Assembly (NCBI GenBank): GCA_018266795.1 | Contig: JAFDZV010000036.1 | Location: 26,971 to 90,970 of the forward strand | Source: Bacteroidota bacterium | Lineage (GTDB): Bacteria; Bacteroidota; Ignavibacteria; OLB7 | Direction: 5' to 3' | DNA: 64,000 bases | In this document: positions 57,399 through 64,000 of the stretch, piece after piece | How the letters are laid out: the number at the start of each line of letters is the position of its first letter | Numbering within the stretch: position 1 is the stretch's first letter | The notes under the pieces: model-generated | Databases searched by the model: none | Seen by the model: only the letters and a program-made list of their open reading frames with translations | Told to the model about the DNA's origin: nothing | Program-made: the position numbers and the translations under genes

Positions 57399-58718
57399 AT
57401 GAACCTTCTCGATAGGATCAACGCGCGCCAGTTCTCGGTTGCGGTTGTCGGTCTCGGTTACGTTGGTCTTCCACTTGCAGTCGAGTTTGCCCGCGCCGGC
57501 ATTCGAACCATCGGCATCGATGTCGACGCATCGAAGATCGATGCGCTGCGTGCGGGCAACAACTACATCCGCGACATCGCGGATGACGATGTGCGCGCCG
57601 TGGTGGAGAACGGAACGTTCGCGGCAACCACGGAGTTCGTACCCGTTCACGACGTGGACGTTGTCTACATCTGCGTGCCGACGCCTTTCACGGCGAACAA
57701 GGAGCCGGACATCTCCTACATCGTGCAGGCCTCCGAGGGGATCGCGGCGAACATGAGGAACGATCAGTGCATCATCCTGAAGAGCACCACGTTTCCGAAC
57801 ACCACGCAGGGGCATGTGCAGCCCATCCTGGAGCGCGGCGGCATGAAGGTGGGCAGGGATTTCTACCTTGCCTTTTCGCCCGAACGTATCGATCCTGGGA
57901 ACAAGGTATGGCACACGGCGAACACGCCGATCGTTGTCGGAGGAGTGACGCCGGAGTGCACGAAGATCGCCGCAGCAGTCAATCGCGTGATCATCGCGAA
58001 GGTTGTGGAGGTAAGCTCTCCGAAGGTTGCCGAGATGGAGAAGCTGTTGGAAAACATCTTCCGCTCGGTGAACATCGCGCTGGTGAACGAGCTGGCGCAG
58101 CTGTGCGATCGGATGGGGGGGATCAACATGTGGGAGGTGGTGGAGGCCGCTGCAACCAAGCCGTTCGGCTTCATGCCGTTCTATCCCGGCCCCGGAATCG
58201 GCGGCCACTGCATCCTGATCGATCCGTACTACCTGAGCTGGCTGGCGCGTGAACACGATTTCGTTACCAACTTCATCACCCTCGCCGCAGAGGTGAACGA
58301 GTCCATGCCGTTCTATGTGAAGCAGATGGTGCTGCGCCAGGTTGCTCACATGCCGGTGACGTTGAAGGCCGCGCGCATCGTGCTTCTGGGGGTTGCGTTC
58401 AAACGCGATGTGGACGATCTGCGCCACTCCCCCGCGCTCCGCGTGATGGAACTCCTTACACAGGACGGCGCGGAGAACATTTGCTACGTGGATCCCTACG
58501 TTCCCTCGCTGGATCTCTTTGGCAGGACCGTGCACGCGGTGCCGTACAGCGATTCCGTGATCGCGGACGCCGATATCGTGGTGATCACCACCGATCATAC
58601 GGCGTTCGATTACGAACGGATCGTTGCCAGTGCGAGAGTGGTTGTCGATACCCGCAACGCGACGAAGAACGTTCGCACCGGGCGCGAGAAGATTCATCTG
58701 CTCGGGAGCGGCGAGTGA
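57399..58718 (+). CDS. Nucleotide-sugar (UDP-N-acetylhexosamine) dehydrogenase, WbpA/TviB/WecC family (439 aa)
   Basis: Rossmann motif VAVVGLGYVGLPLAVEFARAG. Catalytic-Cys region PGPGIGGHCILIDPYYLSW. ATG at 57399. Confidence 0.85.
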   Translation: MNLLDRINARQFSVAVVGLGYVGLPLAVEFARAGIRTIGIDVDASKIDALRAGNNYIRDIADDDVRAVVENGTFAATTEFVPVHDVDVVYICVPTPFTANKEPDISYIVQASEGIAANMRNDQCIILKSTTFPNTTQGHVQPILERGGMKVGRDFYLAFSPERIDPGNKVWHTANTPIVVGGVTPECTKIAAAVNRVIIAKVVEVSSPKVAEMEKLLENIFRSVNIALVNELAQLCDRMGGINMWEVVEAAATKPFGFMPFYPGPGIGGHCILIDPYYLSWLAREHDFVTNFITLAAEVNESMPFYVKQMVLRQVAHMPVTLKAARIVLLGVAFKRDVDDLRHSPALRVMELLTQDGAENICYVDPYVPSLDLFGRTVHAVPYSDSVIADADIVVITTDHTAFDYERIVASARVVVDTRNATKNVRTGREKIHLLGSGE

Positions 58719-59821
58719 GCACGGTTATCTCCGTTGTCGGCGCCAGGCCGAACTTCATGAAGGCCGCGCCGGTGAAGCATGCGTTCGAGCGTATCCCGTC
58801 CGTCCGGCATCTGCTGGTGCACACCGGGCAGCATTACGATCCGAACATGTCTGATGTCTTCTTCGAGGACCTCGGCATGGGGAGGCCGGATCTCTACCTG
58901 AACGTGGGCTCCGGCTCGCACGCAGTTCAGACGGCGAAGGTGATGGTGGAGTTCGAGCGCATCTGCCTGGAGGAACGCCCGGCGATGGTGATCGTGTACG
59001 GCGACGTGAACTCCACGCTCGCGGCGGGTGTGGTGGCGAAGAAGTTGAACGTCCCGCTGGCCCATGTGGAATCAGGGCTGCGGAGCTACGACAGAAGGAT
59101 GCCGGAGGAGATCAACCGCATCGCCACCGACGCGATCACCGATCTCTTCTTCGTGACCGAGGAGAGCGGGCGGCGAAATCTGATGCACGAGGGAATCCGG
59201 GCGCAGGATATCCACCTGGTTGGAAACACGATGATCGATTCGCTCGCGCGCTTCTGTGCGAGCCATGCCGCGCCCCGGCCGGACGGCGATTACTTCGTCC
59301 TCACGCTCCATCGGCCGAGCAATGTGGACGATCCCGCCGCGCTGCGGCGTCTGCTGGATGCGATCGATGAAGGAGCAGGGGGGATGGGAATCCGTTTCCC
59401 GGTGCATCCCCGGACCGAGGCGGCGATGCGCGCTTCCGGCGACTACGACCGCATCGCCTCGAATTCCCGCTGGCGCCTGCTTCCGCCGGCCGGGTACAGC
59501 GAATTCATTCAAATGGTGCGCGCCGCTCGCGGCGTGATCACCGACTCCGGCGGCGTGCAGGAGGAGACGACATGGCTCGGCATCCCATGCCTCACGCTCC
59601 GCGAATCCACCGAGCGCCCGTCGACGGTGGAAGTGGGAACAAATCATCTCATCGGTGTTGAACCGTTGATGGTGCGTGACGCTGTCGCGCGCATCGCCGC
59701 GTCGGCACCGGCCGGGACGGAACAGGAGCGCCATTCGGTCCCGCCGCTCTGGGACGGAGACGCAGCGAGCCGCATAGCTCGCGCCGTTGTCCGCTACCTG
59801 GAGCAGCATACACATTCGTGA
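58715..59821 (+). CDS. wecB: UDP-N-acetylglucosamine 2-epimerase (non-hydrolysing)
   Basis: The GTG start at 58715 overlaps the upstream stop (GTGA). VISVVGARPNFMKAAPV...HTGQHYD...MSDVFFEDLG...GDVNSTLAA...HVESGLRSYDRRMPEEINR is the family signature. Confidence 0.9.
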   Translation: MSTVISVVGARPNFMKAAPVKHAFERIPSVRHLLVHTGQHYDPNMSDVFFEDLGMGRPDLYLNVGSGSHAVQTAKVMVEFERICLEERPAMVIVYGDVNSTLAAGVVAKKLNVPLAHVESGLRSYDRRMPEEINRIATDAITDLFFVTEESGRRNLMHEGIRAQDIHLVGNTMIDSLARFCASHAAPRPDGDYFVLTLHRPSNVDDPAALRRLLDAIDEGAGGMGIRFPVHPRTEAAMRASGDYDRIASNSRWRLLPPAGYSEFIQMVRAARGVITDSGGVQEETTWLGIPCLTLRESTERPSTVEVGTNHLIGVEPLMVRDAVARIAASAPAGTEQERHSVPPLWDGDAASRIARAVVRYLEQHTHS

Positions 59822-59831
59822 TATCGTTCTG

Positions 59832-61601
59832 ATGCACGTACGTTCATATCGATCGACGCACTGGCTGCGGCTGGTGCTCCTGCTTACAAGTCTGTTTCCG
59901 GCAATGCTCGCGGCGCAGCCGTCATCGCCGGTGTCGAAGGGTCCGGGTGACGACCTGGTCATCAAGAAATCCGACGGTCAGGGCAAGAGTGCGACCTTCG
60001 GGCAGGACCTGCCTCCGTTGGAACGGGCGGTGGATCCGGCGCTGTATCGCGTCGGGCCCAACGATCAACTCCTTCTCTCGATCCCGTTGATCGAGGGGGG
60101 GGACTTCCAACTGGTGGTCTCCGTAGACAACACCATCCTGTTGCCTCGTGGATTCCCGCTGATCAATGTCAAGGGCATGACCCTTTCGCGCCTTCGCGAG
60201 GTGGTGGATTCGCTCTACCGAGCGCGATCGGCATCCTACCGCAACGTCAACATCTCGCTGGTCAAGCCGCGGTCCATCTATGTATCGGTGACGGGGGATG
60301 TGCTCTTCCCGGATCGGTACGTCATGACTGCGGCCGACAGGCCGACAACCGCGATCGATATCGCCAACAGGATCTCGCAGGAGGGGCTCACCAAGCAGCG
60401 CGAGGAGGAGATTGCCGAGCAGCGCCGCCGCACGCGCGACGATCGCCTTGGCGCCGGCAATTTCGGCGGCGCGCAGCCGATGCAGCGCTGGGTGACGCTG
60501 CGCCATAACGACGGCTCCATCCAGCGGCTGGACCTGATGCGCTATCGCGCGCTCGGCGACGAGTCGCAGAATCCGACGCTGCGCGAGGGGGATGAGCTGA
60601 TCGTTCATTCGTCCACCATCGGCAGCTCCACGATCTCCGCCGTCGGTGCCGTAAACTCTCCTGCCACCATGCCGTTCGCCGACGGCGACAATGCGCTGAT
60701 GCTCTACCGTCTCTCCGGTGGCGTCCGCGAGGGGGGAGTGGTGAAGGAGGCGTTCATCGCGCGGCGCACGGCCGCCGGTCTGGAGAAGGTTCCGCTGGAT
60801 CTGGATGACAGCGTATCGCTTGCATCGACGAAGCTTGCCGCAGGCGATCAGTTCGTGGTGGTTGCGGACGATGCGGCCGTAACGGGAGGCTCCCGTGTTG
60901 GGGCGGTATCCGTGGTCGGCGAGGTGGAGCGTCCCGCCGTCTATCCGATCGTTCCCGGCGTGACGACGCTCTCCGAGCTGATCACGATGGCCGGCGGCGT
61001 GAAGCCGGATGCCGCTCTCAACGGCGCCTACATCACACGTGCGGTGGACAGTCGTTTTCAGAAGCCGGCGTCGGTGCTGGCGAGCGATCCGGGCGCCTAC
61101 ATATCCGCCAGTTCGCTCGCGCTCGACGATACCACCCGGATGAAGTTCGACCTGGAGAATCAGAGGAACCGCGTCTCCGCGGACTTCGTCGAGATCGTCG
61201 GGCGCGGCAACAAGGCGCACGATGTTCCGCTGGAGCATGGTGATGAAGTGGTGATTCCGCCGAACCCGAAGAACGTGTTCGTGCGCGGCCGCGTGCAGCA
61301 TCCCGGCTGGGTTGCCTACGCACCCGGAGCGCAGTACGATTACTACATCACGATGGCCGGCGGTTATATCGATGCCGCAGTGCCCGGGCGTTCGCAGGTG
61401 TTGAAGTTCGGCTCCGGGATCTGGGATGATCCCGGCCATACAACGATCATGCCGGGTGACGAGATCTACGTTCCGGGTGAGCGCGATCTGCCCGGGCGAA
61501 CGTCGCTCGAGATCGCGGGAACGATCGTAGGAATCACCGGCGGCATAGCAAGCCTGGCGTTCACAATCTTCACCTTCGTGCAGCAGCTCACGAAGAAATG
61601 A
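59832..61601 (+). CDS. Polysaccharide export protein (Wza-like; Poly_export + SLBB domains), 589 aa
   Basis: Signal MHVRSYRSTHWLRLVLLLTSLFPAMLAAQ. Poly_export motif YRVGPNDQLLLSIP...VDNTILLPRGFPLINVKGMTLSRLREVV. SLBB-like repeats VSVVGEVERPAVYPIVPGVTTLSELITMAGG and VFVRGRVQHPGWVAYAPGAQYDYYITMAGG. C-terminal TM helix. Confidence 0.8.
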   Translation: MHVRSYRSTHWLRLVLLLTSLFPAMLAAQPSSPVSKGPGDDLVIKKSDGQGKSATFGQDLPPLERAVDPALYRVGPNDQLLLSIPLIEGGDFQLVVSVDNTILLPRGFPLINVKGMTLSRLREVVDSLYRARSASYRNVNISLVKPRSIYVSVTGDVLFPDRYVMTAADRPTTAIDIANRISQEGLTKQREEEIAEQRRRTRDDRLGAGNFGGAQPMQRWVTLRHNDGSIQRLDLMRYRALGDESQNPTLREGDELIVHSSTIGSSTISAVGAVNSPATMPFADGDNALMLYRLSGGVREGGVVKEAFIARRTAAGLEKVPLDLDDSVSLASTKLAAGDQFVVVADDAAVTGGSRVGAVSVVGEVERPAVYPIVPGVTTLSELITMAGGVKPDAALNGAYITRAVDSRFQKPASVLASDPGAYISASSLALDDTTRMKFDLENQRNRVSADFVEIVGRGNKAHDVPLEHGDEVVIPPNPKNVFVRGRVQHPGWVAYAPGAQYDYYITMAGGYIDAAVPGRSQVLKFGSGIWDDPGHTTIMPGDEIYVPGERDLPGRTSLEIAGTIVGITGGIASLAFTIFTFVQQLTKK

Positions 61602-63310
61602 TCAGCCTCATGAACAGAGCCGTTCGCACTCATGCGGCCGCGATACTTCTGGTGTGCGGTCTGCTTGCGGGCCGTACCGCCGCCCGCGCGCAGAGCGAGC
61701 TGCTTCCGGTGGATCATCCGGCCACCGCGACGCTGGTGCGCCTGTACGAGTTCGGAGGCATTCCGGAGTTCCCGCGCGAGCACCTTCCGATATCGCGGGC
61801 ATATGCTCTGCGGCTGCTTGTGCAGGCCGGCAGGGATACCACTCTGCCGGATCTGTTGCGCAGACAGGCCGCATACTATAGCGACGAACTGGTGGCGGAG
61901 ACCGGGTTCGCTCCAACCGCAGCCTTCATCCCAACCGCCGACACATCCACGCTGATCTACGATCACATCGGCGGTGACCAGCCGGTGGTGGTTCTGGAGT
62001 ATCGAGACCCGGAGTTGCACACGCACGTGGCGCTGGAGCCGGTGCTGGATGGAGACCTGCGGGTGGATCCCGATGCTCACGCAACCGCGCTGATTGCCCG
62101 GGGCGGCCTGGAGCTGCGCGGAACACTTCTCGGCCATATCGGCTTTTCCGGACGCGTCACCAACGGCTCGGTGGCCGGCGATTCCGCGATCGCAGCGCGC
62201 GACCCGCACATCAATCGCGACGGCTCCTTCGGCATCACCGGCTTCGGCCGCGACGTCAGCTCCGGTGACGGGCACATCCGTGCGGACTTCGACAACGTTG
62301 CCATCGAGCTCGGGCACGAACGGGTGCAGCTTGGCGGGGGGCTGAGCGAGAGCCTGCTGCTGGGCTCCGATCTTCCGGTCAACTTCGATTACCTTCGCTT
62401 CTCGGCTCGCTTCGGACGTGTAGCGTTCACACATATCCATGCCTCGCTGCTCGGTGAGGCCACGGGCGATTCGCGCGGGCCGTACGCGGAGATACCGGCG
62501 AAGTACGTGGCCGCGCATCTCCTCAGCTTCGGTCCGTTTGCGGGCCTTCGATTCTCGATCGGCGAGTCCGTGATCTACCATGGGCGGCCGTTCGATCTGG
62601 GCTATATCAACCCGCTCGTCTTCATGAAGACGCAGGAGCAGTATCTGCTGGATCGCGACAACGCGAACCTCTATCTGGCGATGACCTGGGCTCCGATCAG
62701 AAGAGCGTTGCTGGAAGGGGAGATCCTGGTGGATGACCTGCGCTTCTCGCAGATCGGGAAGGGCTTCTGGAACAACAAGACGGCGTGGCGCGTGGCGCTC
62801 CGGACCACGGCCGTCGGTGTCGACTGGCTGGACGCCGCTGTCTCCTACACGCGGCTCGAGCCGTATGTGTTCACGCACTTCAACCCGCTCAACGACTACA
62901 CACATGCCGGCGCAATTCTCGGCGGCGGAGGGCTGCAGCCGAATTCCTGCCTCACCGAACTGACGTTGGGCGCCACCCCTGCGCCGTGGCTGCACGTGCA
63001 GGCTGCTGCCGGCTTCGGCGAGCACGGCGCCAACACGTACGGCATCGATCCGGTGACCGGGCGCGATACTGTTCTGGTGAACGTTGGCGGAGATGTGCAC
63101 CAGACGCATCGCGCGATTCTGGACAACGATCACGTGACGTTTCTGGACGGCATTCTGGAGAAGACCGTGCACCTGCGGCTGGAGGCGGAGTACGAACTGC
63201 GGCGCAACGTCTATCTGCGCATCGCGGCCCTTCGCGATCAGACAACGGTGAACGGCAGCACCTCTCCGGTGACGGAGATCCGGTGCGGCCTGCACGTCGG
63301 GGCGCACTAG
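61598..63310 (+). CDS. Outer-membrane beta-barrel-like protein, possibly capsule-assembly Wzi family (570 aa)
   Basis: Its ATG overlaps the upstream stop (ATGA). Signal peptide ...AAILLVCGLLAGRTAARAQ. N-terminal LPVDHPATATLVRLYEFGGIPEFPREHLPISRAYALRLL resembles the Wzi N-terminal helical bundle. The rest is beta-rich. Its position next to the Wza-like gene supports the call, which rests on recollection only. Confidence 0.55.
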   Translation: MISLMNRAVRTHAAAILLVCGLLAGRTAARAQSELLPVDHPATATLVRLYEFGGIPEFPREHLPISRAYALRLLVQAGRDTTLPDLLRRQAAYYSDELVAETGFAPTAAFIPTADTSTLIYDHIGGDQPVVVLEYRDPELHTHVALEPVLDGDLRVDPDAHATALIARGGLELRGTLLGHIGFSGRVTNGSVAGDSAIAARDPHINRDGSFGITGFGRDVSSGDGHIRADFDNVAIELGHERVQLGGGLSESLLLGSDLPVNFDYLRFSARFGRVAFTHIHASLLGEATGDSRGPYAEIPAKYVAAHLLSFGPFAGLRFSIGESVIYHGRPFDLGYINPLVFMKTQEQYLLDRDNANLYLAMTWAPIRRALLEGEILVDDLRFSQIGKGFWNNKTAWRVALRTTAVGVDWLDAAVSYTRLEPYVFTHFNPLNDYTHAGAILGGGGLQPNSCLTELTLGATPAPWLHVQAAAGFGEHGANTYGIDPVTGRDTVLVNVGGDVHQTHRAILDNDHVTFLDGILEKTVHLRLEAEYELRRNVYLRIAALRDQTTVNGSTSPVTEIRCGLHVGAH

Positions 63311-63316
63311 TCGAGT

Positions 63317-63476
63317 GGTCAGTAGTCAGTGGTCGGTAGTCAGTAGCTCGTTGTTGTCTTCGACTGGCAACTGACCACTAACGACTAACGACTGACATTC
63401 CGAAGTCAGTGGTTGGTAGTCAGTAGCTCGTTGTTGTCTTCGACTGACAACTGACCACTAACGACTGACGACTGAC
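63317..63476. repeat. Two tandem 80-bp units of the NGTCAGT-heptamer inverted-repeat element
   Basis: Unit A (63317-63396): GGTCAGT AGTCAGT GGTCGGT AGTCAGT AG - spacer CTCGTTGTTGTCTTCGACTGGCA - ACTGACC ACTAACG ACTAACG ACTGAC. Unit B (63404-63476) is the same with 3 left-arm heptamers. The 50-nt cores differ at only a few positions, at a spacing of 80 nt. The element starts 7 nt after the stop at 63310. Confidence 0.85.
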
Positions 63477-63568
63477 AACCTGCACTCCGAATTGCACTGA
63501 GAGGAAGTCCATGCAGATGTGTCGAGGAGGTATGCGTAGGGCGGGCGCCTTCGGCGCAGGCAAATCAT

Positions 63569-64000
63569 ATGCGAACCATGAGTTCAACAATGCGAGATAG
63601 AATTGTTCCGGCTGGCGACCAGTCCGGGTTGCCGGAGGGTCAGGTGATTCTCTTCGAGCAGTTCCGGATGTTCAAGCGAACGTGGAAGCTGGTGCTGGCG
63701 ATCGCCATCGTGGCGACTGCCGGCGTTGCGGTGTATGTCTTCGGCTATATGCCGGTGGAGTACATGGCCGTTGTGCGTGCGCTTCCCCCGAACAAGTCCG
63801 GCACGCCGCTCGACAACATCATCGGTGGAATATCGACGTCGCTCAAGGACTTCGGGCTCTCCAAGCTCGTGGGGAAGGCGGGATCGGACAACGGTTATTC
63901 CCGTTCGGTGCTGATCACCAGCCAGCCGCTGTTCGATTCGCTCATCTCGCACTACGATCTGTTCACCGTGTACGGCATCCCGAAGGGACGCTACGACAAG
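63569..64000 (+). CDS. Polysaccharide chain-length determinant (Wzz/GumC-like) protein, 3'-partial
   Basis: Not in the ORF track because it runs off the window. My translation from ATG 63569 (alternatives 63578 and 63590): MRTMSSTMRDRIVPAGDQSGLPEGQVILFEQFRMFKRTWKLVLAIAIVATAGVAVYVFGYMPVEYMAVVRALPPNKSG... This is a Wzz-type N-terminus (cytoplasmic lead, one TM, then Y-x-A motif context), with GC3-rich codons and an EPS-locus context. Confidence 0.6.
   Translation, partial: MRTMSSTMRDRIVPAGDQSGLPEGQVILFEQFRMFKRTWKLVLAIAIVATAGVAVYVFGYMPVEYMAVVRALPPNKSGTPLDNIIGGISTSLKDFGLSKLVGKAGSDNGYSRSVLITSQPLFDSLISHYDLFTVYGIPKGRYDK

Overview
High-GC bacterial chromosomal window. The SusC/SusD pair and the Wza/Wzi/Wzz-type polysaccharide export genes suggest an FCB-group organism (Bacteroidota/Rhodothermota/Ignavibacteriota-like); this is an inference. 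I found no rRNA, tRNA, CRISPR array, transposase or integrase. Positions 1-25,865 form one co-directional (+) block that I could not assign to any family from memory. It holds two paralogous giant ORFs: A is 5'-partial with at least 2,910 aa in the window, and B is 3,371 aa. Both carry tandem LysM-like repeats. They bracket a 436-aa collagen-like (GXY) protein, a 1,191-aa protein with a poly-acidic insert, and a signal-peptide-bearing ComEC-type MBL hydrolase of lower GC. The block ends at a clean Rho-independent terminator and is my best candidate for an undescribed system. Convergent on it is a 3-TM coiled-coil protein whose C-terminus looks like a prokaryotic YEATS (pYEATS) conflict-system domain. 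The rest of the window holds: an acyltransferase coupled to a tiny basic protein; a 1,171-aa GT2-TPR-methyltransferase-GT2-GT4 fusion; a persulfide-dioxygenase/rhodanese fusion; SusC/SusD; prfB with the classical +1 frameshift site and an SPY variant of the SPF motif; a RavA/MoxR-like AAA+ ATPase coupled to a VWA protein, divergent from an HprK-related kinase; mnmA; a penicillin/AHL-acylase homolog; lysine 6-aminotransferase; uvrA with a possible Lys/Ala-rich N-terminal tail; and an EPS/capsule locus (dehydrogenase, wecB, Wza-like, Wzi-like, partial Wzz-like). Two dispersed repeat families sit in intergenic gaps: inverted arrays of NGTCAGT heptamers, and GTCAYCCTGA...GAAGGATC elements. Most long antisense ORFs in the track are high-GC artefacts.
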